Shown in pieces: positions 12,853-26,964 of a stretch of DNA of 64,000 bases (positions are counted from its first letter, which is position 1; every line of letters starts with the position of its first letter). A model generated the notes under the pieces. The model worked only from the letters and a program-made list of their open reading frames with translations, was not told the origin of the DNA and searched no databases. The DNA is from Octopus vulgaris (Eukaryota), in the NCBI GenBank assembly GCA_951406725.2, contig OX597820.1:106516001-106580000 (forward strand), written 5' to 3'. A program made the position numbers and the translations under genes.

Positions 12853-13575
12853 AGATATAGATACATATACATACATACATATATAAATATATACATACAT
12901 ACATACATATATAAATATATACATACATACATACATATATAAATATATACATACATACATATATATATAAATATATATATACATACATATATATATAAAT
13001 ATATATATACATACATATATAATAAATATATATATACATACATACATAAATATATATATATACATACATACATAAATATATATATATACATACATACATA
13101 AATATATATATATACATACATAAATATATATATACATACATACATAAATATATACATACATACATAAATATATATATACATACATACATAAATATATATA
13201 TACATACATACATAAATATATATATACATACATACATAAATATATATATACATACATATATAAATATATATATACATACATATATAAATATATATATACA
13301 TACATATATAAATATATATATACATACATATATAAATATATATATACATACATATATAAATATATATATATATATACATACATAAATATATATACACATA
13401 CATATATATATACACATACATATATATATATATACACATACATATATCCATATATACACATACATATATACACATACATATATACATATATACACATACA
13501 TATATACATATATACACATACATATATACACACATACATATATATACATACATATATACATATATATACATACAT

Positions 13576-13627
<52 letters not shown>

Positions 13628-13990
13628 GTGTGTGTGTGTTTGTGTGTATATATATATATATATGTTTGTGTATATATATATACATGGATATATATATATA
13701 TATGCATATATATATTTATATATATATAAACAAACATATATATCTATGCACAACCATATATATATATACACAAACATATATATATATATATACACAAACA
13801 TATATATATATATATACACAAACATATATATATATATATACACAAACATATATATATATATATACACAAACATATATATATATACACAAACATATATATA
13901 TATATATATATATACACAAACATATAGGTACATATACATAAATACATATATATACATATCTATGCGTGTGTGTAAACAGACATACACACA
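12853..13990. repeat. Compound (TA/CATA/CA) microsatellite with higher-order ~24-bp units
   Basis: Directly visible: units such as ACATACATATATAAATATATATAT and ACACAAACATATATATATATATAT. Confidence 0.95.
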
Positions 13991-14524
13991 CAAAGTCTTT
14001 CTAGCCAAGAACAAACACTAATCTAAAAAAACCACTGAGTTTCCTTATCTAAACCTGATGAAAACCTAATACATTTTTTTTCAAACAGCATAAACAAACA
14101 GCTTTTATGAAACATTTATCCACACTTTCAGGATATTTGGCTGAGGTTATTGGTTTTGCTTTCTAAAGAGAAAGGGTGGAACTGAATATGAAAAAAAAAA
14201 AAAAGAAAAAAAAACAATGAAAAATAATATATGTACGTATATATGTTGATAAAATGCGGTTTTGCGTATATATTTGTATAGATGTGTTTTGTGATCAACT
14301 TAAGTATTTAACCAAAGCTTAAAATTGGAGGTAGATTAAATTGGTCCAATCTCAGAGCTAGGACCATATGATATACACAACTTTAGCTAAATGGGGAAAG
14401 AAAGACCAACAAAAGACAAATCAAAAATTGATAATATATTAATATACAACTGCCACCCATGTGGTTTATCATGTGATAGGTGGTGTGGCAGCATCTTCTG
14501 GTAAAAATGCTTCAAGAAAGAAAA

Positions 14525-14574
<50 letters not shown>

Positions 14575-14700
14575 TAAGTATTGGTGGGTTTAATATAATG
14601 AAAAGTAAAATTCAAAGATAAATTAGAATTTATAAATGAATACAAACGTGCATATATTTGTGTATGTATGGGTCAAATAGATACATCCCTATTATGTGTG

Positions 14701-14740
<40 letters not shown>

Positions 14741-15674
14741 CACACACATATATATATATACACAAGGTATATTATATAAATTCAGTTGCTGTGTACAACA
14801 GAAACAGGAAACATGGAATAACAATGGGATGAAACCTCAAAATAATGGATAAACTCTCTCTACCATATGTTTTATGTACATTTCCCCCTCATTTGTAAAT
14901 AAAGTAGAGAACACATATCTATAGAGAGGGATAGGAGCATGAGAGGTATAGAGACAGGTAGGTAGACAAAGAAAATGAGAGAAAGAAATTAGTATATGAA
15001 GATTTACTCCAAATGCTCCAATCATGTGCAAAGATTCACATAATGACAGGAAAACAATAAAATTCTTTATAGTGGGGCAATACAATTTAAAGAAGATATT
15101 TTTGAGGATATTCATAAAAGTAATTCTGCTACTAATTGAGGCACTATATAAAAAGACACATGGCCTAGTGGTTAGGGCAATGCACTTATGAACGCATGAT
15201 CATGGTTTCAATTCCTAGACCAAGTAGCGTGTTGTGTTTTTGAGCAAAAGCCTTCGTAACATATTGCTCTGCAATCACTCCAACATTTGATGCATGGTAC
15301 ATCATGCACCTGTTCAGGTAATGTCGATTTGATGGAGGGACATTAAGCAAAAGCTAAATACTCATACATCATCTTCAATGGGAGAGTTCACCATACAAAA
15401 AGAATAAGAATCTTTTCTAATATATATTAGACACATTGGTAGCTAAGATTAGTTATCCAAACGAAAATGGAAGCTCATTAGCCAGTGCAGTACCAAGTTC
15501 TTAGTCCAGTTTATTTAACTGTAGCTGGAACATGTACCATAAGGACATGTCATTCACCATTGTAACTAGTAAGAATACAATGGATTTGATGTTTTATTAG
15601 TATGTATTGCTGAGGTCAAGGATTCTCTTTTGGGCATAAAAACCAGCAACAGACCCACCAAAATGCCTTGTTAA

Positions 15675-15891
15675 CCCTTTAACATTTAAATTGGCTATAT
15701 TCAGCCAAAATATTCCACTGGTTTTATGTTCAAACAGGCTATATCCAGCCTCTCACACCTATCTGACAATATCATTCCAAAAATAAATAATCACATCATT
15801 GAAATCTTAAAGCCAAAAGATAATGCATGATTAACTAAAAACAATGCAAATAAAAATAATACACTGAACAGAGTAATCTGAAGCTAAAGGG
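15675..15891. mobile_element. piggyBac-like MITE
   Basis: TTAA|CCCTTTA...TAAAGGG|TTAA. Related copies at about 41078-41298, 45848-46032 and 47654-47873. Confidence 0.8.
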
Positions 15892-17914
15892 TTAAAAAAC
15901 TGAGATAATTTTTTATTGTTTACAATTACTAAATGGTTAAAACTAGGATATATTCATTCAACAAGCATTGTTCTTAAACACAAGAAGTGCCTCACAGGAA
16001 AATATTACATATGATTTGAGATTATATTTTTAAAAAAGGAGAGAGAGAGAGAGAGAGAGACCCTGCTCTAATTCAATTCATCCAAGAGTTTCACTCATTA
16101 TAATTACGCTGCCCCCATTACTGCCATCCCTACTCCACCCTGCAATATTTGTACCCCAGATAATCCCTAACCCTAAAGATATGTTGAATCACACAAAATG
16201 AATGAATATTTCAGAGTATGAAGTTGGAGATATAGAAACTAATTTGTAATTTATTGGCTCAGAATATTTAACCCTTTTGACACCAATCTGCCAAAGACCA
16301 CTCCTGGATGGTTCTACATTATTTCCTATTTTGAAGTGAACTCAAAACTTTCCATTAAGATTCCATGTTAATTTATGTTCCAAACATCAGCTTAATAATG
16401 ACAAAGTTATCTCACTAAATTCTTCATTATTTTAAAAATCAATTGAAACAATGGAGTATTTTTCAACAGAAATAAGGTTCAATATGGTCTAAGTTAAAAC
16501 CTTCCATCAAAATTTCATGCTAGATTATGTTCCCAACACCAGCTGAATAATGACAAAAGTTGTTTTACTAAAATTCTTCATTATTTTCAAAATTAACTGA
16601 AACAGAAATATGGTTTTGAAAGGGTTACACTGGTTTCTTCCACACAATATGTAGTAATAGTTATGGGAGCTAGTGAATGACCTTACTGGAAAGTAAATAA
16701 ATAAGTTTTAAACAATTCACTTAGCTGGAGAAACAATGACAACCAAGGTTACTAATATGATATATTCTAACAATCACCGTCCCCAAACAAAGGTTAATTG
16801 AGATAGAATTCTTTAAATGGCTTTCCTCCAGATGCTGAGTCCAAATAAAAGTCAAACTGTAAATGAAAAGAAAATCACTACAAACGTGAATCATCGATAT
16901 GTTTAACATAACCCTTTGGGGGTTTCTTTTTGTTTTCACGTCTTTACCACTAAAATAAAAAAAAATTTAAATGGATTAAAAAAGGATTAATAAAGCATGA
17001 TAGCACCTGAATATATTTTGTTATAAAAGGCTGCTGAACAATGCCACATCCGGGGAACAGATATGGGATCATTATAATACAAGGTCAGTTCATTAGTGTT
17101 CTTTTAGTCCTAGATGTGTTGCTGCAGTTTAGGCTCATGTTAGCCCTGATCTAGCAGAAATTTGGTCAAAGACATTCCAGCTATGACCATCTCAGTTTTT
17201 ATATATACATTGTCCAATATGCCCTTTCAGTTTTTAAGACAGTAGAATAAGATTTGAGGGAGAATTGACTGCTATTACTAGCAACTCAAGCAATGTTGTA
17301 GATTTCTGTATGTGTGTCAGGTTCCTGGAAGCATGGGGTGAGGTGTCATTTGCTTGTAGCATAGTTACAGACATTAGTCAACATGCAGCGCAACAGGACA
17401 AGAATGGTAAGCAGTAAGACAATACAGCATTGCAGCATCATGACTGCACCATACAGTGTTGCAACAATGATGCAGTTTCTAACACCACAGCATGGCTGCA
17501 ATGCCTCATACCATATGACTACATGACTGACATGCCTCGCATCACAGAACAACCACATTCTGGTAACCAAAGCACAGCCACAGAGTTTGGTTCCGTTATT
17601 TCTAGATGCACATCATGCAAAAACACACGTTGCAGTCATCTCAGTGCTACAAAAACACAGGAGTGATTAACAGAAGAAGATGAGAAAGGCAGTGGAAGAT
17701 CATACATGTGGCAATCAAGTTTGTAATTGTAACAGTGTCGATGCAGTTTAACAGCGGCAAATGCACAGTGATTAAGTACACAGGTGGGATGGAATACAGT
17801 TTCACACTTCATGGCTGTCATCTTGCATAACCATGCAAATATTATGAAGTTGGTTGGTGTATACTGGAAATAGTTCAAGCAATTACATGTGTGCACACGT
17901 ATGTGTGTGTATAC

Positions 17915-17946
<32 letters not shown>

Positions 17947-18040
17947 GTGTATACACAAACATGTATGAGCACACATAAATGTGTGTATGTAATATATACA
18001 CACATACGTGTATGCAATATATGCATATACATACAGGCAC

Positions 18041-18073
<33 letters not shown>

Positions 18074-18616
18074 CACATACACATGTAAATACACGTACAT
18101 ATACACACATACATGTGTGTGTATGTAATATACACACATATACATATATGTGTGTGTGTGTATACATACACACACAAACACACATACGTACATAGTGTGT
18201 GTGTATCTGAGAGAGAGAGAGAGAGTGGTACAGCATTTGTCATGCATATTAACACCTATCTTCTTATATATTTTAATGACAGAAAAAGGTGGGGCTTTCA
18301 CTGATAAGAATTTTGATCAATCAGCATTAAGAAAATTCTAGTTTTTAATATTCTACAAATTATTGTTGATATTATTGCTTATTAATTGTATCATCAATGT
18401 TGTTACAGTTGTGAGTTAATGTTCAATTGCACATCAATGTTATACTATAACACTCGATTAATTATTACTAAGTTTAATGTGTGTGTGTATAAAACATACA
18501 TGCATACACAAACAGATACATATATATAGACATGTGTACATACACATATGTATGTGTACATACATATGTATACATTCATATGCAGAAATATATATATATA
18601 TACACACACATACATA

Positions 18617-18664
<48 letters not shown>

Positions 18665-19314
18665 CATATATTAATAAAAAGTATAAAATACAAACATAGC
18701 TTGTCTTATATATGTATGTACACACACACACACACACAAGAATAACTGTCCATCTACTGGAAGCACAAGGCCTCACATTTTGGAGGAAGGGATTAAGTCG
18801 ATTACATAGACCCCAGCATAATTTGCAACAACCCAGTACAAACACCAACCGAGTGTGAAAAATAAGCTCAATTACATTATTCACTGAAATAAGCTCTGTT
18901 CTCCCACCCAACAAGCAAGGGCCATACATATATGTGTGTGCATGTGTATTATATATATATAGCTAGATAGATAGATACACACATACACATATGAATACAT
19001 ACATAATGATACACATACATGCATGAATATATACACATACATATATACTCATGTATAAATACATTATATCTAAAACAGCTCGATTTGGTTACATGCTACT
19101 TTTTTTTTCACAGACCCTTAACAGGGCTTCTGGAAGGGTGAATGATTTGGCATTCCAGAAGCCCAAAGGAGTGAGGCTCCCGTTAGGATCCTGTGAAACT
19201 TGGAGCATCTAACTTAACTGTTTCAAATAATACACCTAACACCAACTAAATGTGCTGAATGCCCTTTTCTTTCATTTGTCCACTCACTTGTATGTTTGTA
19301 TATGTGTATATGTA

Positions 19315-19379
<65 letters not shown>

Positions 19380-19796
19380 ATGTTTGTTTTGGGCAAAACT
19401 AGGCATCTAGGCATAGAAACAATATATCATTAAACTGAAGGTTTATCCAATATTTTGTAGCAAGGTACATATTAATTTTCACATGGTAAATATTGACAGT
19501 GACTTTAAAGTTTTGAGGTGGCTTGCCATCATCATACTGATGATGGGAAGCAAGCCGAAACTTCGAAATGGCTGTCAACCTTTTCCTCATAAAAATGTAT
19601 GTGTGTGTGTATGTGTACTTGTTATATCAACCTCAGCTGTTCAGATCTTTTACCGATGTCAACAGCCCAGCAAAACTCTGAATGCACTGTCAAGTTTTGA
19701 TATATTGAACACTTTTTCCCCTCTACCCAACATATGTATTTTTACAAACTTTAGATTATACATATATATATCACTCACTCTACATTGCTCATATAT

Positions 19797-19844
<48 letters not shown>

Positions 19845-20816
19845 GTGTACATGTGTGTGTGTATGTATATATATATAATCATCATATATATACACACACA
19901 CACACATCTTTATCTTCTTTCTTGCCCTGCCCTCCAAAATTAAAAAATACTCTAAATGTATTGCTTGATAAACTCACACATGCAAGTATACAAATGCTCA
20001 CATGTGTACAGGCACACACACCCATAAGCTCACACATGCACATATACACATATGCATGTGCATATTCACGTGTGTGTGTGTGTGTGTGTGTGTGTGCATG
20101 TGTGTTACCAGCTGCTATCTTTTATGCACCTTCTCCCTATTTTTTAAATTTTACTGGCAATCAAATGTGTTGAGTTCCAAGAGGCTACGGTAACTAAAAT
20201 ATCACAAGGCTGTATATTGCATGCACTCAAAAATTTTCTTATTTCATTACCAAACATTATAACCCACACAAACACACATAGACAATCATTCATAGATATA
20301 TATATATATATGCAGGCACACATGGAGTTATATGTGTTGCTATGTGTGTGTGTGTGAGTAAGAAAGAGAGAGAGAGAGAGAGAGAGCATGTAATGCACAT
20401 ATGCAGACACTCTCATAAATCAATTTATACATACATAACATGCACAAGATCGCACACACTCACACAAACGCAAATAAGTATGGCAGGTATGTGATGATAC
20501 CAGTATACACAAATACACACACACACATATATATATACACACATACATACACTCACACATTCATATATGAAAAGTTTAGGCAACAAACTTGCTGCCGTGA
20601 TGATACCCTCCCTCCATTCAGTGATTAAATATATATATATATGTATATATATATATACATACATTTATATACACACACACACCAAGAGCCATCCACATTT
20701 GTATTTCTGTTTATGATTTAATATATTTCTGTAATAAGAGTCTTTTTCTTTTTTTCTTAAAAAATTCCTCAAAGTATATGAAGCAGGTGAAAAAAAAAGT
20801 CTCATTCAGTTCCATG

Positions 20817-20822
20817 TTTATT
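20817..20822 (-). promoter_or_regulatory. Candidate poly(A) signal of the receptor gene
   Basis: AATAAA on the minus strand about 420 nt after the stop codon, with a U-rich tract downstream. The motif is common in AT-rich DNA. Confidence 0.25.
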
Positions 20823-21243
20823 TTTTTGTTTTGTTTTTTTTTTCTTGGGGGAGTTGGGTGATGAGGAGAGGGTATAATACCAATATCAGAGATACAAGCA
20901 ATTGGTTTTTAAGTTGTTACTTGTCTGCATTTGGGACTTGCACTTGCCGTGTTGTAGACAGTTAAGAAATGTGTCCTGTTACTATTTTTTGTAAGGCTGC
21001 CTACATCATCTGCCATCGAGAGCTTGCTCTTGTCATCAAACTTTCTCTCGAAAGAGACAAGCTAACAGAATATTTTACAGCAACGATTCACTTATTTTCT
21101 TCATATTAATATTATTGTTATTATTGTTGTTATCCTCATCATCATTACTCTTATTCTTAACTTTTCTCCCTCTGAACTTGTATTCTTGTAATGGTCATCT
21201 TTCCATCTTTAAAACACTTCAATTTGTTTTTTCAGTCTGTCTG

Positions 21244-21375
21244 CTACAGCTTAATTGTAGATTCTATGTCTATCTTGATTTTTCCTAATGTCTTTTTCAC
21301 TCGAAGTGCTGTCAATCGTGCAGCTGGATGATGAAGCCAGCATTCACTCATTACTTTTGACATTTTACTCAAATA
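21244..21375 (-). CDS. BMPR1: BMP type I receptor, last coding exon (kinase subdomain XI, stop)
   Basis: ttgcag|[43 protein letters not shown]; phase 0 matches the previous exon. Confidence 0.93.
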   Translation of the reverse strand, partial: YLSKMSKVMSECWLHHPAARLTALRVKKTLGKIKIDIESTIKL

Positions 21376-22843
21376 CTGCAACAAAGAAAAGAAATTAGAA
21401 TACATTATTAAAAAAGAATATCTGAACTCAATCTACACACACACACATCATCAAACATCCATTCTCCATGGGTTGGACAATTTGACAGGAGTTGGCCAGG
21501 TGGAGAGCTGCCCATGCTCCATATGTCTGTTTTGGCATGGGTTCTATGGCTGGATGCTCTTCCTAATGCCAACCACTTTCCAGTGTGTGCTAGGTGCTTT
21601 TATGTGGCACTGGCACAGGCACCTTTACACAGCACCAGCATCCACTACACACATTACATTGTGGATGAAGCCATAATAACCATTTAAAGTACATACTGTA
21701 ATACACGTTGCAGCAGAAAAACCTTGCACTCATTTCAATACACATTAGCTCGTGAAGTTAGGCAGGTGGTAACAATACCTTTATGTAGCTAATGCTTTAC
21801 TGTCTCTGCCCCACCCACACCCCCAAGTAACCATCATGGTCTGAACTTGTGCATACCATGCACTTACTGTTGAAATGTTTGTAAATCACCTGTAAAAAGG
21901 AGGGTTTCCCTTTTTGCCACACCCTGTATATATTTTTCTTTCATTTTTCCATAGTATTATACACTATTTTGTTCTACACCTACAACCTGTGTCACAATTT
22001 CTCTACACCTGGAATGCTGTAGAATGGTGTCAGTGACAAAGTCATCAATCATCATCACTGTTTCATGAACATGTCACATGCTGGCATGGGCTAGATGGTT
22101 TGACAGGATTTGATGGGCCCAAGGATGGCATTGTGCTCCAGTGTCTACTATAGCATGGTTTCTGTGGCTGGATGCCCTTCATATTGCCAAATCTGATGAA
22201 ATTCACGAGTTTTCTACATCATAGTTATTTCATTTTCAAGTCACTTGCCCAACATGTACAACTGTTAAATATGTGTGTATGAGTAAGTAAGTGAGAGACA
22301 GTGTGTGTGTGTACAGGTATGTCTATATGAGTAAGAAGTTTGCTTCACCACTATGTGGCAATGTGGGCAAATGTCTTCTTACTATAACCACGAAATTTCT
22401 TTTTATAATATCTGCAGATGTTATTTTATTTGATTTATCTAATGGCATATTTAACTAGACCTTGCTCGTTTCCTACTTGCAGCAAAAGCAACAGGATTAC
22501 ACACACACATCCCTCTATTATACTTTAGACTCTCTACACCCAGAATAAAGCCACCTCCTACTCTAGTACAATCTCATTCAGTCAGGAGGCTTTTTTCTTT
22601 GTTTAGCAAGTTACTTGACAACTTAACTAGTGCTGGTGTCCTGAAAAAAATCACGCAATATACTCTGTAAAGTGGTTGGCATTAGTAAGGGCTTCCAACA
22701 ATAGAAACCATGCTGAAGAAGACACTATAGCCTGATGCAGTTCTTCTAGTTAACTGGATACTGTCTAACCATAACGCGTGGAAAACAGGTGTTAAATGTT
22801 GTTGATCATACATACATAGAGAGAAACAGAAAGGAGTACTTAC

Positions 22844-22974
22844 ATGATCACTGACCCAGCGATTAGGAATAAGAGGCCGTTTCTTCTCAATACACACAAC
22901 CCTTTTAAGATCTTCATAGCTGGGATCAGGTGAGAGGTAATCATAATATGGAAGCTGAGCATCTTCAACAATTC
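22844..22974 (-). CDS. BMPR1: BMP type I receptor exon (kinase subdomain X)
   Basis: tttcag|(G)[43 protein letters not shown]|gtaagt. Confidence 0.95.
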
Positions 22975-23003
22975 CTGAAAGAAATAAAATATAAAGATGT
23001 ATA

Positions 23004-23049
<46 letters not shown>

Positions 23050-23054
23050 CCAAA

Positions 23055-23425
23055 AATAAAACAAAGGAAAAACACAATGCGAGGACATGCTACATGCAAA
23101 GTATTAACAGATGCTCAGGGAAGGAAAGAAAGTTAGTTTTATGTTTCGAGCAAAGCTCTTCTTCAGAAACAGGAGACAGAGGAAAGTCCAAGAGAAAAGG
23201 ACGACAGAGGGGGAACAAAAAAGCGCCAACAATCCACATGTAGTTACATTTTGAAATGTAACTACACACACACACACATGTGTGTGTGTGTGAATCGTTG
23301 GTGATTTACTTCCTCCATCTTCCCTTCTATAGGACTTTCCTCTGTTTCCGAAGAAGAGCGTCTGCTAATACTTCACATGTCCTATGTCCTCACGTTGTTG
23401 TTTTTCTGTGTTTGTTCTTCTTTTT
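23055..23425. mobile_element. Palindromic Penelope-like element (second family), intronic
   Basis: Left arm (...GAGGACATG...GTATTAACAGATGCTC...GAGGAAAGTCC) mirrors the right arm (GGACTTTCCTCTG...GAGCGTCTGCTAATAC...TGTCCTC). The right arm has an internal deletion at a GAGC microhomology. Confidence 0.7.
23136..23170 (-). ncRNA. Minimal type I hammerhead ribozyme motif, possibly inactive
   Basis: GUUU-CUGAAGA-A-GAGC-UUU-GCUC-GAAAC-AUA-AAAC: both core boxes, stem II GAGC/GCUC and stem I GUUU/AAAC. Stem III has a C-A mismatch. Confidence 0.7.
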
Positions 23426-23434
23426 GGGATTTAC

Positions 23435-23466
<32 letters not shown>

Positions 23467-26327
23467 GAAATATATTTTAAGTAGAGGAAGTAAACGTGTA
23501 TAAAGTGTAAGTTAAAACTAATGCCAGAGATATATGGACTGAAGCAGCAAATGACTGGGACAAGAGAGCTCTTCTCAGTGATTGAAGACAAAGCATGCAA
23601 GTAAGTTATGATTTGCATTACAAGTGTTGTAGGTTCATTATCATCATCTAATGTCTACTTTTGCATGCTTGTATAGCTCAAGTGGAATTTGTTGAAACAA
23701 ATTTTCTATGTCCATTCTTCCTCCTCTCTCTCCCCAGATATACAAGAAGTCAAAACTCAATCCGCACTTTTGCCACAACATATCTTTATTATTATTATTA
23801 TCACACTGCCCTCTGCGCATTTGTGCTTATAGTTGGTACTATTGTGGACACTTGAGTTTGATCTTGATTGTGCCATTTTTCTTTCTGGCTTAACGGTGTA
23901 AGCATGGCTGCTCCACTAGCAGTGTGCACCAAAGAACAACAACAAGCAGTGATCCGATTCCTAGAGAGGAATCAGGCTTGTATGCTCTGAGAGATCAGTA
24001 TCCATCTGCATTACATGACCAAACCAGCATGGTCTTCTCTCTCACATACTGCATCTAATTCCTCTTAATACACCAGCGCTGTGGAACATGTACACTTACA
24101 TTACACATCCAGCAGAGCATACAAGCCTGATTCCTCTCTAGCCTTCATGTCCACTGCATTCAGGGCCCACATCTCACTATGTAGCATTGCTGAGCACTCC
24201 ACAGACATGCATACCCTAAACGTAGTTTTCAGGGAGATTCAGCAGGTCACAATGTGACAAAGCTGGCTCTTTGAATTACAGGTACAACTCAATTTTGCCA
24301 GCTGAGTGGACTGGAGCAATAAAGTGAAATAAAGCGTCCTGCTCAAGGACACAACATGCCACCAGAAATCGAACTCACAACCTTACAATCGTAAGCTGAA
24401 TACCTCTAACCACTAATCCACAGGCCTTCATTATTAAAAAGTCTACACTAAACTGCTAATAATACACAGTAGTATTGTTTCACTGTAAGACTACACTAAT
24501 GTTTTACACACAAACAATGAATCAATTGCTTAAAATTAGTAACAAACAGTATTCTTAAAGCTGACCAGAAAACAAAGGAAGTCTCTGTCTAGAAGTGTTT
24601 CACTGCAATGGACAGCCAATAAGCTTGTTTTGATATGACCCAGTTCTTCTTTTGTTTGTATAAAGGTCTTAAACATTACACACATGCATGCAGACACACA
24701 CAACATAAAATTCTTTAAACAAACAGTATGAATAAATGTTTATCATTATTATTATTAATAATAATAATAATAATAATAAAATAATAATAATAATAATAGT
24801 TGTTGTCGTCGTCGTCATCCAAACTGTCCATTCGAGGTTGGAAATCAAACCACTCATCTTCTGCTGTATACCAATTACTAGTAAAGTAGATGGGCTACTT
24901 TATTAGTAGTGAGCTAAAATGTGACCGGTTTCAAACAAAAAAGACAGAAAAAACCCTCAGTTCAACTGTTAAATACTAAACAAAACATCCCTTTTTGTTT
25001 GTTTATTTAATCGAGATAACATGCTGCTGGAGAAACTCTTATCCAATGTGGATACCCTTTCTACTAGGAACTACTTCTCTATGAACAAATGGAAATACTA
25101 AACTAAGAAAGCAGAGTTATGTCCTTTATGAAATGGATGTCGTTAAGTTCAAGCATTTTAAAATTAAATTTATGTAGTCATTATTTGTGTTCAATCAAAG
25201 TGTTTCAGATGGAATGAAAACGCTGTCTGTGGCTCAATAAGAAAACAGGTTGCAAACTCAATGCCTTGTTTATTAACTCATTATTTCAAATACTCTTCTA
25301 AGAGACATGTATGGTCATCAGGATAATAATAATAATAAACTTCTACTAAAGGCACAAGGCCTGAAATTTGTGGGAAGGGGAGCAATCAATTACATCGACC
25401 CCAGTGTTTCACTGGTACTTAATTTATTAACCCACTGAAAGGATGAAAGGACTCAGAACATAGTGATAGGCAAAATACAGCTAAGTATTCTGTCCAGCAT
25501 GCTGACGGTTCTGCCAGCTCACCACCTTGCTTAATAATAAAAACTAGTAGTAGTAGTAGTACTCAGTGGAAATTCCACAATAAATAAGAAATTGTTTTAG
25601 ATGGTTGTAAGTTTATATAGAGCCATAAAAATTAGTGTTCCTTTATAAACTCTATATTATAAAAGTCAAAAGTACTAAGCTGTTTTTGAACTGCGTCCAC
25701 AAGTAGTAGAGATATTGAATTGAAAAAGGATGGGGAGGTGGAGGCAAAAATTGTTGGTGGGACAATGATGAATAATTTTGTGGGATTCTACCAAGTTAGC
25801 TGCTATGCATCAAAACTTTTTTGAGTCAATGCTCAGGAGAGTAAGGCATTCAAAATATGGTGAGTGATGGAGAGTATTCATTGGATGTAAGTCTCTGGAC
25901 AGCTTCCAACATATCAATATTCTGGATAATATGGGGCTTCCAGACTAGAGTTGCAAGCTCTAAATGTTGATGCGCCATAGACATGTACAGCTTTAGATAA
26001 ATAGCTAATAAACGAGTAACCTTTTTGACACTTCACAACCATGTGGTGCTAAGTTCAACCTCACTGTGTGGCACCTTGAATATTCTCTGCCCATAGCCTC
26101 AGCTTCACCAATGCCTTGCATGTTAGATTCAACAGATGGAAACTGTGCAGAAGTTTGTCATCGATGTATATATATCAGTTAACTATTCACATATTGCTTT
26201 CAATTGGAAAAACAAAAATTTCTATACATACTGAAACTGTGATCTACCAACGATAGAAATACATATATTTACAATATAACTACAAAAAGAAAATATAGAG
26301 AAAAAAAAGCAGGTGCATAAGCAGTAC

Positions 26328-26503
26328 CTTTATGAACACACCGACGTGCAATTTCCCATAGAACTAAACCAAGAGCATACACATCTGCCTGTTTGAATGA
26401 TTCAAAATGTTTCCTATTTATAGTATCATCCAATATTTCTGGGCTCATATACAATTTGGTGCCCTGTCGAGAATTCGGTGCAATATCCACTTCATTAGTT
26501 TCA
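26328..26503 (-). CDS. BMPR1: BMP type I receptor exon (activation segment, subdomains VIII-IX)
   Basis: ttgcag|(S)[58 protein letters not shown](G)|gtactg. Confidence 0.95.
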
Positions 26504-26838
26504 CTGCAATAGAAAAGGGAGAAGATATATATACTTAAAGATATATATACTCCTATAACACATACATGTAAAAAAATATTTGAGTAAACGTGATTGCATT
26601 GTAAGTTTTTGCTAGGATAGATAACTCTGCTTGACTAAATCTGTGAAGTTGACAAATTCGCTAAACTTTTTATGCAAATTGACTTAATGTACTAAAGTAC
26701 ACAAATGCTGACATGAACCGGAAAAAATGCAATGTTTTTTTCTTATCACCCCTTCCTACTAAATTTTAGATATTTGTCTGTGCTGGAAAAAGAGGTGTGT
26801 GTGTGTCTTTCTCTCTCTATATATACACACACACACAC

Positions 26839-26889
<51 letters not shown>

Positions 26890-26964
26890 CAAAGATCCAA
26901 ATGTTCTCTGTATAGAATACACTTAATAGTGCTCAAGGGATTTAAACTTGAGTGGGTATAGAAG

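Noticed and set aside
12163-14021. Long ORFs of up to 495 aa rich in Y/I/C/V/M/H/T
   Set aside because: They are translations of TA/CA microsatellites that lack stop codons; no coding signal.
16164-16177. Telomeric CCCTAA repeat
   Set aside because: Only two units, as expected by chance.
17346-17900. Short ORFs in a non-repetitive stretch downstream of the gene
   Set aside because: No recognisable domain or splice-consistent exon. It could be UTR or intergenic, which cannot be decided from sequence alone.
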